A DNA stretch of 63,942 nucleotides, counting the filler, from an uncultured bacterium (GTDB lineage Bacteria; Hinthialibacterota; Hinthialibacteria; Hinthialibacterales; Hinthialibacteraceae), in NCBI GenBank assembly GCA_964449065.1. It is 3 parts of 3 records of this genome, joined end to end, with 100 filler letters (N's around TTAATTAATTAA, not from the genome) between each part and the next. Parts side by side here need not be neighbours in the genome. Positions count along the whole stretch, not along the records: positions 22,191 to 44,184 come from CAYVAZ010000043.1; 2 more parts are not named here. One strand, 5' to 3'. Of the stretch, positions 27,310 to 39,500 are shown one piece after another (the first letter of the stretch is position 1; every line of letters starts with the position of its first letter). A model generated the notes under the pieces. The model saw nothing but the letters and a program-made list of their open reading frames with translations. It had not been told where the DNA came from and ran no database searches. Both the position numbers and the translations under genes were made by a program.

Positions 27310-27599
27310 AGGGTTCATCACCCCAGTTCATCACCCCATATGGTTGCATAAAAGATAACTCACTTTTTATATGTAACTTGGTATAACCACCAAATTTATC
27401 ATTAGAATTTACGAAAATGTTTTAAACTTATTTCTGCTTATAGTATATCACACTACAATTCCACAGCAAAAAGGGATTATGAAAAATGATGTCATAAGTT
27501 GTAAAACTCTGATAAATATTGGGTTCGATGAATTTCTATGTGCAATAATATGAGCGGGTTAACGCTGAATATAAATAGACAAATAACCCGGAAATTTCT

Positions 27600-30518
27600 T
27601 CAGCGTATGGGGCGGACGCAGCGGAAGCCGACAAAATTTACATTGCTATCAGGATCGAGGGATTGGCGGGAAGCGTTGCGGGCTTTTGATTGTCCGTCTC
27701 TCCACGAACCGCCTCTTATCACCCGTTCACTGCCGGTTTGGGGGCCTTGGGGGTCTAAATCAGGTGATTCCTGATAGTAATTTGGGGCATACCAATCCAA
27801 GCACCATTCGGCGGCGTTACCGGCCATGTTGAAAACGCCTAACGGGGATTGGCCTTTATCATATTCCATCACGGGGGCAAGGAATTCGTAGCCGTCTCCT
27901 TCTCCGTTTAGGTTAGCGAACTGCGACATCGGCAAGGGCGCACTGTCGCCCCAGGGGTATGGAACATCTTGATTGAAGCTGGCGGCGTATTCCCACTCGG
28001 CCTCGGTGGGGAGGCGGTAGAGGATGCCTTCCTTGGCGGAACGCCAGCTGCAGAATGCTTGGGCGTCAGCATACGTGACCTGCACAACGGGATTATTTGC
28101 ACTGGAAGCTAAGATGGGGTCATCAATCGAACCGATGCCTTCGTGACTGGTTTCATTTACAAATTGGCGGTATAGATCGACGGAAACTTCAAAGCGGTCG
28201 ATGAAAAATTCGGTGATGGTGATATTGCGTTTGGGGCTTTCATCGGCTTGGGCGTTGCCGAAATCATCCCCGGGTTCGCTGCCTCTGGCATACGTGCCGG
28301 ATGGGACGTATGCCATTTCGATGCCTAAGGGGGATTCTATGACGGCGCCAGGGTCTGGTTTTGGGGTAGGCGTGGGCGGCAGAATGGGGGTGTTGGTTGC
28401 CGTGGGCCGCGGGGTTGGGGTGTTGGCTGCTGTTGGGGTCATGGTGGGTGTGGGCATATTTTTGGTTGGTACCAATACACAGCGGAAGCCAACGGACTCG
28501 CTTCTGAGTTCGGATGCGGGTACGCGGTGGGCAGAGCGCATGTCTTCAACCGAACGGTCCCAGCTGCCGCCGCGAATGACACGCTGCCCGCTTACGGCAA
28601 ATTCCGGCCCCATCGGATCAACACTCGCAGATTGCGCGTAATAGTTAGAGTCATACAAATCCAAACACCACTCGAACACATTGCCGGATAAGTTTAATAC
28701 ATCAAAGGGTGAGGCGCCGGAGGGATACTCATCTACCGGGGCTGTAAATTCATAGCCGTCTATTTGTACACCATCAATTTTCGGCGATTGATAATTCGCG
28801 GGCGGTTCCGGTAACTTCGATGGATCTCTCGATCCCCAAGGATAGGTTCGGGGCTGTTCGCCTGCTTGTGTTGTGCCTCGTGCCGCATATTCCCACTCCG
28901 CTTCGGTGGGCAGGCGGTAGGCTTGGCCTACTTTTCCTTCGAACTGCGTACGCCATTCACAAAAGGCCATGGCATCGCTCCATGTGATGGATACGACCGG
29001 ATGATTGGGGTGGTTTCGCAACGCGGTTTCAAAATCCTCGCCTCTAATATCCACATCCGTAATTGAATTTCTACCCGGTTTACGGCGCTCTTTTTCCTCT
29101 CCGGATAAAGTGCTCCAAAATTGATTGTAGAGCTGATTGGATACTTCAAAGCGGTCTATTTTAAAATTGTAAGTAATTTGAATTTCACGCTGGGGCAGTT
29201 CATCCAGCCGTTCTTGGGGATTGTCTGCCGGCACGTCTCCACCAAAGGTCGTGAGTGTGCTGCCGCGAATAAATCGGCCCGCGGGGACATCGATAACCGG
29301 CTGAATGGGATCACGTGTGGGACGTGGTGTTGGGGTATCGGTTGGGGGTGCCGGGGGTAAGGTTGGCGACGGCGTTGGGGTGTTGGTGGGGATGCTGCGG
29401 GTGCCGGAATCCCAAAAGTAGGGGGATTCGCGGCGGACGTGCAGGGAGACGTCATCCACCAGGATGGCTGCCGCGCCATCACGGATTTGCAGGATCAACA
29501 CCAGCGAACCGGTGGATTGCTTGAGGAATTCCACCGGGGTTTGGATTTGCAGCCACTCATCACCCGAAGGAATGGATGCGATGGTATGTTGTGTAAACCC
29601 CCCGCTACCGCTGACACCGCTGAACAATGCTGCTGTAAGAATCCCTTCGCTGCCGCTTTGGCGATTCACATGCAGCCTTGCATAAACACGAATGTGCTCC
29701 GCGTTGTTGTTGAGTTCAAGTTCTAACCGTTCGAGGGGGATGGATACTTGAATCAGATCGGATGGGGCAGTCGTGCTCAAGAAAAGGGAAGCAGCGTTCG
29801 AATTTGGAAACTTGGTACGATTTATGGGAAAATCATCTACGACTCCACCAGCGGTGCTGATTTGCTCATCTTTGACGACAGAATCAATTCCATTACCGAA
29901 GTGTTCGACCATGGAGATATTGGTGACGCCAAGGGAGAAGTCTTGATCGGTATAGCCATCCAACACGCGCAGGCGTTCTAAGGTGACAACCGAAAAGCCG
30001 TTTGCGGGTCCGACCAGCTGAATCAGCAAAATGACTTGACCGGATTTGGGCTCGTATTCAAAACTGTACGCGCGTCTTTCGTTGGGGATATCTTGCGCTT
30101 GGGAGATTGCGGCGCCTATGTTATTGGTATCGTTGAGATCGATGAGGGCCAATGCGGATTGCTGCAGTTCACTGCCTTCGTTTTGTGCCATGCAGGAAAA
30201 ATAGGCTTTTGCGGAAGAGATCGATAGGGGCGCGCTTTGGATTCGTACCGCTTGCCCGGGTTGCAGGGTGATTTCCAGCTTATCTTCGGAAGCGTTTACC
30301 TCTGCTATTTCGTCAAAACCAGGGACCGGATTCACGGATAGTCCCATTTCGGATACCGTGGAACCGGAGAAATTGGCTCCTGACGGATTGGAGGATATCC
30401 CGACGGGGATGGAGATGACATCGAAATCGCCATCCGGATAGGGCGGGTCTTGCGCGAGGGCAAAGGCGCTCAAAGCTGAGAGAAAGAATATGTGAATGAG
30501 AGTCTGTTTCATCATCAA
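27600..30518 (-). CDS. secreted protein with two SUMF1/FGE-sulfatase-like domains and Pro/Thr linkers
   Basis: Signal peptide; two copies of P.V..T..DA.AFC.W...[12 protein letters not shown]...N..GN..EWC.D...RVIRGGSW...VGFRC. Confidence 0.88.
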   Translation of the reverse strand: MMMKQTLIHIFFLSALSAFALAQDPPYPDGDFDVISIPVGISSNPSGANFSGSTVSEMGLSVNPVPGFDEIAEVNASEDKLEITLQPGQAVRIQSAPLSISSAKAYFSCMAQNEGSELQQSALALIDLNDTNNIGAAISQAQDIPNERRAYSFEYEPKSGQVILLIQLVGPANGFSVVTLERLRVLDGYTDQDFSLGVTNISMVEHFGNGIDSVVKDEQISTAGGVVDDFPINRTKFPNSNAASLFLSTTAPSDLIQVSIPLERLELELNNNAEHIRVYARLHVNRQSGSEGILTAALFSGVSGSGGFTQHTIASIPSGDEWLQIQTPVEFLKQSTGSLVLILQIRDGAAAILVDDVSLHVRRESPYFWDSGTRSIPTNTPTPSPTLPPAPPTDTPTPRPTRDPIQPVIDVPAGRFIRGSTLTTFGGDVPADNPQERLDELPQREIQITYNFKIDRFEVSNQLYNQFWSTLSGEEKERRKPGRNSITDVDIRGEDFETALRNHPNHPVVSITWSDAMAFCEWRTQFEGKVGQAYRLPTEAEWEYAARGTTQAGEQPRTYPWGSRDPSKLPEPPANYQSPKIDGVQIDGYEFTAPVDEYPSGASPFDVLNLSGNVFEWCLDLYDSNYYAQSASVDPMGPEFAVSGQRVIRGGSWDRSVEDMRSAHRVPASELRSESVGFRCVLVPTKNMPTPTMTPTAANTPTPRPTATNTPILPPTPTPKPDPGAVIESPLGIEMAYVPSGTYARGSEPGDDFGNAQADESPKRNITITEFFIDRFEVSVDLYRQFVNETSHEGIGSIDDPILASSANNPVVQVTYADAQAFCSWRSAKEGILYRLPTEAEWEYAASFNQDVPYPWGDSAPLPMSQFANLNGEGDGYEFLAPVMEYDKGQSPLGVFNMAGNAAEWCLDWYAPNYYQESPDLDPQGPQTGSERVIRGGSWRDGQSKARNASRQSLDPDSNVNFVGFRCVRPIR

Positions 30519-33500
30519 CGCTCACGGTTTTCCAACGTTATTACATCATTAAACAAACTGCGGGTGAAGATGATATCGAGGTCATCGTCGCCGTTGAGAT
30601 CCAACAGCCGGAGATGGTATTGCTGGCCGGCCAGAACAAAGTTTTGAACGCGAATGAGTTTACGTTCGGTAAATTGGAGCGGGTCGTTTCCGCAGATGAG
30701 GAAGAGATTGAGGCCATCTTGGTTTTCGTGCAGGGCCGCGATATCGATGTCTCCGTTGCGGTCTAAATCTCCAGAGGTGATAGCCAAGACCACACCGGGC
30801 GGGAAGGGACTGGATTCGCTTAACAGCGTAAAGAGGCCGTCATCCTGTCCAGTGTTATCCTGCCCAGCATTATCCTGTCCAGCATAGATGCGGATGGCGT
30901 TGCTGAAGGTTAAGAGGCCGATATCCATTCTGCCGTCGAAATTGAAGTCGTTGAAGAAGACATCGCGGGGGAAGTTGCCTTCGAAATCGGTATCGACCCG
31001 GATGATTTGAGAGAGGGTGTAATCATTCTCCGCAAAGCGGTAGACAAACAATTCTTCGTTGGCATTGGGGCGGCGAACTGCAACGATTAAATCGTTGTCT
31101 CCATCGGCATCTAAATCCGTGGATTGAATGAAACGGATAAGGCCATCAACCGGGATGCGGGTCAGAACGTTCATTTGGCTGGATTGAATTTGGACGCGCA
31201 ATAGTGATGAACGGGAGCGGACCACAACGACAGCGGAATCTTCTGAAGTTTGCTCTAATGTCATTCCACGGTAACGGGAGCCGTTGAGGGTTGCATCGAA
31301 TTCCACGATATTTTCACCGTTCAGCGGTAAAGCGGCGCTTTGCTGATAGGTCCCTTCCGGGGTTGAGAGATAGAGAATCAGGCGTTCTTCGAAGACGTTT
31401 AGGGTTATGACATCCTCTATGCCGTCATTATTTATATCAGAAAGAATTGTGTTTGCGGTACCGGGTTGGGATGGAATGACGCCGGTTTCTTGAATGCCGC
31501 TGTTGCCGGTATCATAGATGCCGATACTGCCTTCATCCAAATGGGTAAGCAGCAATTGCTGGCTATCGCTTTGGTTGTTTTTCGAAGCCGTGATTTCCAC
31601 CGGGCCGGTCATGACGGCTGTGCTGATGAAGTCATCAAAATTAAACGCGAGCGAGCAGCCGAGGGTTGGTGTTGGCGATGGGGATGGAGTGACGGACGGC
31701 GTATTGGTCGCGCGCGGTGTTGGGGTACCGGTTGGCGTGTTGGTTGGCAGCGGGGTATTGGTTTGCGTTGGTGTTGGGGTTTGGGTAGCCGTAGAGGTTG
31801 GCGTATCGGTCGCAGTGGGCTCGACAGTCGGTACCGGCGTTGGTGTAAATGCCGGTTGCGGTGTATTGGTAGCGGTTGGGGTAGCGGTTTGTGTGTTGGT
31901 GGAAGTTGGGGTAAATGTCATAGTAGGTGACGGCGTGTTTGTTGCCGTGGGGGTAAAGGTTGCCGTTGGCGGCGGGGTGTTCGTATTGGTCGCGGTGGGG
32001 ACGGGCACGTCTCCACGCTGGGCTATGAATGGGATGGACTGAAGATTTGTGGATGCGGCGCCTGTGGATGTTATCGTAAAGCGGTCATCCGCTAATATTG
32101 TTACATCATAACCGGTGTTTTCATCAACCGGTTCCCAAATGATAGATTGGTCTCCGCTTTTGGCGAAAACCAAATCATCAAGTGAAAATGTGCTTTGATA
32201 TACTTCTCCGGGTTGGAGGATGATGGGCGGTATTTGGTGAAATGTTTTTGTTATAACGGATGATACTTTTACGCGGATGTTTTGGGCGATGGTGGCGGCG
32301 CCGTCCGAGGCTTGGACGGTTATGAAACCGTAGTCACGGGGTTCGGAGACTTCACCGAAGGATAGACGATTTTCTTCATCGATGGTAAACGGCAGATTTT
32401 GCCCGGAGATGATGCTGTATGCGAGTTCGTTTTGGGGGGTATCGGGGTCGAATACATACTCATCCAGATCGAGCACGTTGGGCGCAGTTTGGTTTTGCAG
32501 AAAGCGTAAATCGGGGATGCGTTTGATCCATCGCGGTGTTTGGTTTCCTGGTATTGGTTCTGCCGTTGTGGGGGTTGGTGATGGAGTTATGCCCGGCGGC
32601 AGCGTTGGAACCATGGGTGTTGGAGTGGATGTTTGTATGGGATCCGTGGCTTGCAGAACAACGCTGGGGCTGGAGAATCCCCAGGTGGTGAAGAAGGTGA
32701 TTTCGGCTTCGGTGGTTCCGGCGGGGATTTCGATGCCGAGCAGGAGGGCGGCGTCGAAGCCTTTGCCGGGGTCGGTAATGCCGTCGTTGTTGGTGTCGAA
32801 TTCAGATGGAATTTCGCCAAACCGTTCCGGTTCATAGATGTTTAAATTTTCGCGGTGCAAAACAACAGGAAATTCTTCCCCAGTCTGCCACTCTTTTATT
32901 TGGAAACCAAAAAGAACGGCGGTATCACTTTCAAACGCGATATCGAGAAATGTGCTTTCTTCTTGAATGGATTCATTTAACTCATTAAAGATGGTTAACG
33001 AGCGGACAGAACCGCTTTCATCCATATTTAAAGCGGGGTAATTGCTATTGCGGGACGGATCAAGTTTTGAATTGAGGTAACGGCTAATGATATAGGGTTC
33101 ATCCAAAGGGGAATTAAATTGAAAGGTGTATTTTTGCACAAGAGTAAAATCGTACGTCGCGCTTCGAATGGTTTCCTGGATGAGCCGTACGTTACCTTTT
33201 TGAATCTGAAATTGGCTGCCCCATTTATTATTCGCAAAAGACAAAGGGACCGGCTCTTTTTTGTTACCGGGATACATATCCAAGCTGGACAAAAATTCGT
33301 TTTCGCCGTGAAGATACATAGTAGAATGAAAGACCGTATTGTCAGTCCCGATATCCGGATTGGGCTGATATTGAGCGCCTATATTGGTACCGAAACCTTG
33401 ATCGCCAAAGCTGCCGTATCCGTCTACTTCCAGTTGGAGAAATTGATTGGAATCACCGATGTTAAAGTCTTCTGTCAAAGCGGGTTCAATGGTGATGTTC

Positions 33501-33955
33501 CAAAAATTGAGTTTGCCGACATTGCCTTCTTTTTCATCTCGAAACCGCAATGTCCATTTTCCGTTTGCTGTAAGGGCAGTCAAATCTTTGAGGGATGGAG
33601 TATTGCTTGAAAGAAAGGTTTTGTTGATGTTGGGAGGCAATCCGGTTTGATTGGCAGGAAATAATAGAGTTGAAAGACCATTGGGGGCAATCAGGATAAT
33701 TTGTGCTTCGGAGGGATTGGGATGATCCGCGTTGACTTGAATTTCGATGCGCGAAATCAGTGCGTTTTTATCGTCCGGTGAGATATCTATGGGAAAATCA
33801 TAATTTGCCGGCAGGGGCATTCTTTGATTGGGGAATACCGCGCCGGTGATTGTGTTGTTTTGGGCAGGGCTATATTGTGAAGCAAAGGTATACAACATAA
33901 GACTGCATAATATTACTTGAAAAAAACGTGGTGTATTCAGCATGCACAATTTCAA
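30515..33955 (-). CDS. secreted multidomain protein: proprotein-convertase P domain, beta-sandwich/Ig-like region, Pro/Thr linker, FG-GAP repeats
   Basis: HP...A.I.L.APNG...NGKWTLRF.D...[10 protein letters not shown] (P domain); C-terminal [33 protein letters not shown] repeats. Confidence 0.8.
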   Translation of the reverse strand: MKLCMLNTPRFFQVILCSLMLYTFASQYSPAQNNTITGAVFPNQRMPLPANYDFPIDISPDDKNALISRIEIQVNADHPNPSEAQIILIAPNGLSTLLFPANQTGLPPNINKTFLSSNTPSLKDLTALTANGKWTLRFRDEKEGNVGKLNFWNITIEPALTEDFNIGDSNQFLQLEVDGYGSFGDQGFGTNIGAQYQPNPDIGTDNTVFHSTMYLHGENEFLSSLDMYPGNKKEPVPLSFANNKWGSQFQIQKGNVRLIQETIRSATYDFTLVQKYTFQFNSPLDEPYIISRYLNSKLDPSRNSNYPALNMDESGSVRSLTIFNELNESIQEESTFLDIAFESDTAVLFGFQIKEWQTGEEFPVVLHRENLNIYEPERFGEIPSEFDTNNDGITDPGKGFDAALLLGIEIPAGTTEAEITFFTTWGFSSPSVVLQATDPIQTSTPTPMVPTLPPGITPSPTPTTAEPIPGNQTPRWIKRIPDLRFLQNQTAPNVLDLDEYVFDPDTPQNELAYSIISGQNLPFTIDEENRLSFGEVSEPRDYGFITVQASDGAATIAQNIRVKVSSVITKTFHQIPPIILQPGEVYQSTFSLDDLVFAKSGDQSIIWEPVDENTGYDVTILADDRFTITSTGAASTNLQSIPFIAQRGDVPVPTATNTNTPPPTATFTPTATNTPSPTMTFTPTSTNTQTATPTATNTPQPAFTPTPVPTVEPTATDTPTSTATQTPTPTQTNTPLPTNTPTGTPTPRATNTPSVTPSPSPTPTLGCSLAFNFDDFISTAVMTGPVEITASKNNQSDSQQLLLTHLDEGSIGIYDTGNSGIQETGVIPSQPGTANTILSDINNDGIEDVITLNVFEERLILYLSTPEGTYQQSAALPLNGENIVEFDATLNGSRYRGMTLEQTSEDSAVVVVRSRSSLLRVQIQSSQMNVLTRIPVDGLIRFIQSTDLDADGDNDLIVAVRRPNANEELFVYRFAENDYTLSQIIRVDTDFEGNFPRDVFFNDFNFDGRMDIGLLTFSNAIRIYAGQDNAGQDNTGQDDGLFTLLSESSPFPPGVVLAITSGDLDRNGDIDIAALHENQDGLNLFLICGNDPLQFTERKLIRVQNFVLAGQQYHLRLLDLNGDDDLDIIFTRSLFNDVITLENRER

Positions 33956-34055
33956 CCCGATATCATTCTGACAATAACAATATCTTAAGAAAGGGAAATC
34001 ATCAAATAATTATGCCAAATTTCATAAATGTGTACGAATTGAAGCTTAAAGATTG

Positions 34056-34334
34056 ATGTACCGGCTGGTAGTCGATGCTCCCCGGTTTTTATCAAACATG
34101 GCCGTCCCCCTCTGTGTCTTCCCCAGACTTGGGGGAGAAGATGTTGCGTTTTCGAGTTTGGTTGCTTCAATCTATGACATTGCGTGCTTCCGGCTCGGCG
34201 GGAGCCTGGCCCTGCCAGGGTTGCGCTTCAAGAGAGGGTGGAGTGCGTTGATTCTTTAATCCCCCCTACCCCCCCTTAATAGGGGGGGCAACAACGGCGG
34301 GTGCTTCCGGCCCGGCGGGACCCTTGCCCTCCTA
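34056..34334. repeat. cluster of REP-like palindromes from several families
   Basis: Family C 34056-34085 (sister at 24760-24789), D about 34107-34141 (sister at 26841-26871), B 34184-34217 and 34301-34334, A 34258-34297. Confidence 0.7.
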
Positions 34335-34359
34335 AAAATAAATGGAGTTGAATTCTTAC

Positions 34360-36507
34360 TTAATCGGCGCCGTAGCCCAGTGAATTGAGTTGATCCTGTA
34401 CGGTTGGGTCTGTTATGTTTCCGCTGCGCCATTCCAGTTCATTTTCAAAGGAAGTAATGCCGGGGATTTTGACCAGTTTGTCCTTGATATCGGCGCACAT
34501 TTGAGCAAGGATTCTCTCTAAAGCAAAATGGACTTCTTGATAAAATTCCTCATCATTTTTTAACGCGGGGTCGATGTGATGATCAGTTTTGCCAGATGCC
34601 AATCGTTGCTTTAACTCAGCGATTGTGGGTGCTTTTCTTTGGCAGGATTCATCCCGGATAATCATCAACTTGTCGTCCAATTCCATATCCTTAAATCCAT
34701 CTGGCCGGGGTTGGGGTTCCGCATCCCATATAAAAGACGCTACCGGAGAATTTTCTTCCGGATCGTTGATTAAATCAAAAACTCTTACTTTATCTTTGGT
34801 AAGGACAAGATGCTCTTCATTGTAGATCGCGCCGCGGATATACCAATTTACTTTGTATCGTTCACCGATAGAGGCGGTTTGAATGTAGTTTAGCGAATTG
34901 GCGAAGATGTGATCTCTACTTTCAATCGTTTTGTTTTGTTTCCAATAGGGGGTAAGAGAGATGCCGTCGAATATATTTTGGTTAAAGAAGTTATCTTCCT
35001 CGCCCAAGACATCGAGGAGCGTGGGCGCGATATCGATAATACTTACCCGGTCATCAATTCGTTTTCCTTTGGGGAGTTGTTTTGGATAATATAAGATCAA
35101 CGGAACGGCGATTTCGACATCGTGTAGGCTCCAATGGTTGAAATAGATATCGTGCTCACCAAGACTTTCGCCGTGATCCGCGGTAAAGGCGATAATGGTA
35201 TTGTCATCGATGTTTAGCCGATTTAACGCTTCAAGAACCCGACCGATTTGATCGTCGATATAGGTAATTTCGGCGCCATACTGCCGCTTGAAAAAATTAA
35301 TATCCCGAATGCCGATCATCCATTGTTCATTGTTTATATTAAACAGCCGGTCAAAGAACGCATCGTTCATGGAGTTGAATTCCGGGCTTTTTGGGTTTCC
35401 GGAATAGTACATATAGTCGTAATCCGCAGTGGGGATATACGGCATGTGAGGGTCATAAACGTGGAGCCATAAAAAGAATGGGTTGTTGTGATTCTCATCC
35501 ATGAATTCGATTCCCGCGCTGACAGTCGAATAGCCGGAATTGGTCAATTTCCATTTGTCGGTATCGGTGGTATCGATAGGCTCATGATAGGTATCAAAGT
35601 AGTTACCTAATCCGCAGATATTTTTTTTGAGATGGACGATACTAACAGCCGCTCCGGTTTTGTAGTTCATCTCACTCATAATTTGCGTGAAGGTAGGGAT
35701 TTTATCCGCTTTGTAGTAAATGTTACCAATAACACCGTGATTGTATGGATATAAAGAAGTGAAGATGGAAACATGAGAAGGACTGGTTGTGGATGAGGTG
35801 GCGTACGCATTTTCAAAGAGAATGCCGTTTGCGGCTAGAAAATCAATATTTGGGGTATCGATCCATTCTTGTCCATAACAATTGAGAAAATCTTTTCGAA
35901 GGGTATCGATCGTAATTAGAATGACGTTGGGTTTTTGTGAATCATAATGGGTTTCTTTAGTGCCATTCATTATTATTTTCGGTTCAGCCCAATACGCCCA
36001 ATCACTCGTTGTGGAATTGCCGGATTTTGTTTTAAGGGTTAATTCCCGGAGGGACTCAGCGCTATAGTTGCTAATATCCACACTTTCTTTAATCCATCCT
36101 TTATCCATTGGATTTTTAGCAGGATTTAAAAAGCGGCTATAAATTTCTTCATCTTTGCTGTTAAAAATCGAGAACTCTACACCATCCGTTTTTGTTGTTG
36201 CTGAGTCATTCCAAGCTTGTTCATCAAGGCCAATAAAGAAGTTGAACGCGAGAGGATTTGTGATGTTTAAGTTGGAATAGTTGATTTCGCTGTTTGGATG
36301 CGAGAACAATGACCACCGTCTATTTTGATCGAGCGTAATGGATTTAAAATCCTGCCGAACAAATAGTTCTGGAGATGAGGATTTTATGTTGGCGTATTTA
36401 AATTTATGAATTAAATCAATTTCTGTATTAACCAGCGAAACTTCTGTATCGGGCTGGCTGCAAGTGATAAATAAAAATACCGGAACGAATAGAAATAAAT
36501 TTCTCAT
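34360..36507 (-). CDS. sulfatase-like hydrolase/transferase, probable lipoprotein
   Basis: PNVILITIDTLR.D, TPNID, TSPSH.SIFT, PFFLWLH.YDPH.PY, TADHGE; lipobox-like FITC. Confidence 0.88.
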   Translation of the reverse strand: MRNLFLFVPVFLFITCSQPDTEVSLVNTEIDLIHKFKYANIKSSSPELFVRQDFKSITLDQNRRWSLFSHPNSEINYSNLNITNPLAFNFFIGLDEQAWNDSATTKTDGVEFSIFNSKDEEIYSRFLNPAKNPMDKGWIKESVDISNYSAESLRELTLKTKSGNSTTSDWAYWAEPKIIMNGTKETHYDSQKPNVILITIDTLRKDFLNCYGQEWIDTPNIDFLAANGILFENAYATSSTTSPSHVSIFTSLYPYNHGVIGNIYYKADKIPTFTQIMSEMNYKTGAAVSIVHLKKNICGLGNYFDTYHEPIDTTDTDKWKLTNSGYSTVSAGIEFMDENHNNPFFLWLHVYDPHMPYIPTADYDYMYYSGNPKSPEFNSMNDAFFDRLFNINNEQWMIGIRDINFFKRQYGAEITYIDDQIGRVLEALNRLNIDDNTIIAFTADHGESLGEHDIYFNHWSLHDVEIAVPLILYYPKQLPKGKRIDDRVSIIDIAPTLLDVLGEEDNFFNQNIFDGISLTPYWKQNKTIESRDHIFANSLNYIQTASIGERYKVNWYIRGAIYNEEHLVLTKDKVRVFDLINDPEENSPVASFIWDAEPQPRPDGFKDMELDDKLMIIRDESCQRKAPTIAELKQRLASGKTDHHIDPALKNDEEFYQEVHFALERILAQMCADIKDKLVKIPGITSFENELEWRSGNITDPTVQDQLNSLGYGAD

Positions 36508-36522
36508 TGAACATCCTTACAT

Positions 36523-36555
36523 AAAAAAGGCGGAGAACCGAAGTTCTCCGCCTTT
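36523..36555 (-). terminator. intrinsic terminator of the giant surface protein gene
   Basis: Minus strand AAAGGCGGAGAAC-TTCG-GTTCTCCGCCTTTTTT (cUUCGg tetraloop). Confidence 0.9.
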
Positions 36556-36574
36556 GTACTGAAAGTTAACAACA

Positions 36575-39500
36575 TTACTGACGAGCAGTATGGTTGGCTG
36601 CTTCCACATTTACCGCACCACTTGTTGGATTGAATTGTTCCAAGAATGCAGGTCTTGTGGTTGAGAAGTTGTTAGGCGGTCCGATCAGGAAGGTTGCGCC
36701 TGTTACATCCGTACCATCAAAACTTAGTTTTACAATACGGAAGAAGGATTGTGGAGCACCGCTACCCGATCCAAACAGAAGTTCTGTTCCGTTTGTATCA
36801 TCACCGTCAAACTCACCAGCAGCAATGCTAAGACCACCACCTGGATTCGCATCACCAGCAACCAATTGCAGGGTAGAGCTTCCACCAGGACGTTCAAAGC
36901 CGGAGATTGAATTGTCGGTTAGGACAGGACGAACAACCGTTACCAAACTACCCAAAGTTCCGCCTTCGGCAAGACCAGTAGTAGTGAATACGAGTTCAAT
37001 GACTCCATCACCGTTGAGGTCTGTGCCAGCAACATCAACACCACCGTCGATACCGCCACGGAAGTCTGCGGTAAAGGCGACGAAGTTGTTGCGAACATGG
37101 TTACCATCGGCGGCAACATCAACAACTGTGAATTGTGTCAGCGATGATGCGCTTCCGGTTTGTCCGACGATCAGTTCCGCTAAGCCGTCACCATCAACAT
37201 CAACTGCATCAAGCGATACTCCACCATTTGCATTGTTGTTGTTTGGTACGTCATCCAGCGGCTGGAATTGAGATACAACGGCCCAGCCATTAGGTGCCGG
37301 TTGACCAGTTGTTTGGAAGAGACGAACAAGACTGTCTTGGCTTCCAGTACCTTGTGCAACGGCGACTAGGTTTTGGCCATCGACTAAGAAGTCACCGATT
37401 GCGGTAGTCAATTCACCTGAAGCATACTGAACAGTGTTGGTGGCATTATTGCCATTCGGGAACGCTTGTCTTGCATGAGATACCAGGCTCTTATCACTGA
37501 CCTGACGTGCAATGAACATATTCGGGAACGTTGCTGGAGTAATGACTTCACTGAATGAAAGTATGTAATCAAGATCGCCATCATTATCAACATCGCCAGT
37601 GGAAATGTTAGTACCACGACTATCGCCACCGCCCCACGTTTGTAAGGCAACATCTCCGATGGAACGGAATTGATCAATAATCGCTTCTACTGCTTCAGAT
37701 GACCCTTCGTCAAAGTTTCTGATGTTGACTAAGTTGCTGCCACCAGGACCTTGAGCGAGGATTAACTCGTCAACTTGTACGACTGGTACTGGAGGTGTGG
37801 ACGAAGCAACCACCGTGTAGGTAGCAGTTGTGATCAATGCATCCAAGGTATCTTCTTGAATGGTGTACGTAATTACAGCAGTTGAATCAGCCGCAACGGT
37901 TTCAGCGATTTGAACCGTAATGATCGTATCGACATTTGATCCGCTTTCGGCTACGCCGCCGAGTTCATCCGAGACGGTGAATACAGAGCTGTCACCTTCG
38001 AAGGAAACTTGTGGGAAGTCAAACTGATCGTTGTCCGGATCATCCGCATTGACGTTAATAACGGCTGTATCACCAGCGCTGCGTGTGGTTGAACTGCTTG
38101 GTGGGAAGTTTGTGGCTTCTCCACCGTTCACACTTAGCGTTGAAGTAATATCAGCATCTTGACTTGTGTTGACTACATCCATGATTTTGGTAGCCGTACC
38201 AGTCTTGCTGCTGTTCGCCGCTTGGAAGGTGAACAATGTGGGATCGAATGGGCTGTTGTTATCCAATGTATCCGCGTCGAATAGACCTAAGGTAAACGCG
38301 ATTGTTGCGGTTACAACACCCGGTGTATCCGTAGCGGTAGCAATGCTAGATGTAATTGCCAAGGTTGTATCAACAATTGCATCAAATGTCAGTGCTTCTT
38401 GGCCTGCATCGGATGCGACCACCACGATCTCAACATTACGGTTTTCAGGGAATTCACCCGTATCGTTTTCGCTTGGCGGTAATATTTCATCGTTACCAGA
38501 TCTTAGGTCATTAAGGTTAATTGCAACGATATCAACATCCGGTACAGCGGATTCAGCTGTTACGGTGATACGAATGGTAACAGAATCGCTAACAGGATGT
38601 TTGCCATCGTTTGCGGCAAAGACTGCATCGAATGTAGCCGTTGATTGTCCATCGGCTACAGCCAAGAATCCAGGCTTGAATGTGAAGGTGTTTGCCGCGG
38701 CATTGAACGTAGTATCTTCAACGTTACCGGCGCTTAATGCTGATCCGGTTGCGCTGATGACTACTGTGTCACCGCTGTCCGCATCGGAAGCAGCTAGAGC
38801 CACTTCTAATGTTGAGCCTTCCGGAATAGTAATTTCACGAATATCGCCTTCTTCTTCAAGCGATCCGGAACCGCTAATTACGGTTGCTGGGGCGATATCT
38901 TCACCGGCAGAATTTACCGCGGTTAGACCGAAGTCTGCTGCGAACAATGCCGGACGGTTAATATTGACTGTTAAGGCTGCTTGGTTGGTTGCGCCATCAA
39001 TATCAACTGAATCCACAGCCAAGATAAAGAATGGAGTAGTATTCACACCTGGAATTGACGTTACGGTAATCGGTACAGCAAGGTTTTGAACACCAGAGCC
39101 ACCGGTTGCATTCAGCGCGGAATCAATGGTGATGCCGTCTGCTGCAAGGTCGGATACAGATGGACTTACTGTGACCGTAACATCTTGTACGCCGCCAACA
39201 TCGAACGCACTTGCATTCAAGGATAAAGCAGCGCCAGCGTGAAGTGTTGTGCTGTCTGTTTCAATGCGTGTACTAGTTGAATCAGTGAAGAACACATCCG
39301 GACGAGCGTCAAATGCGAATTTAGCGTTTGACAATCTGCTGGTTGTGTTGCCGATGGTATCGGTTGCTGATATTAAGAATTGAAATTCAGAAGTACTGAT
39401 ACCCGAAGTTACTTCAGGGATTACAACTTCAAACGGTACCAATACTGAGTTACCGGACAACTGGGCATTTGTGGAATCTAACAGAACGTCATCGGCATCT

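Noticed and set aside
27600..36507. Sulfatase plus formylglycine-generating enzyme maturation pair
   Set aside because: The sulfatase-like protein lacks (C/S)xPxR and both FGE-like domains lack the catalytic cysteines.
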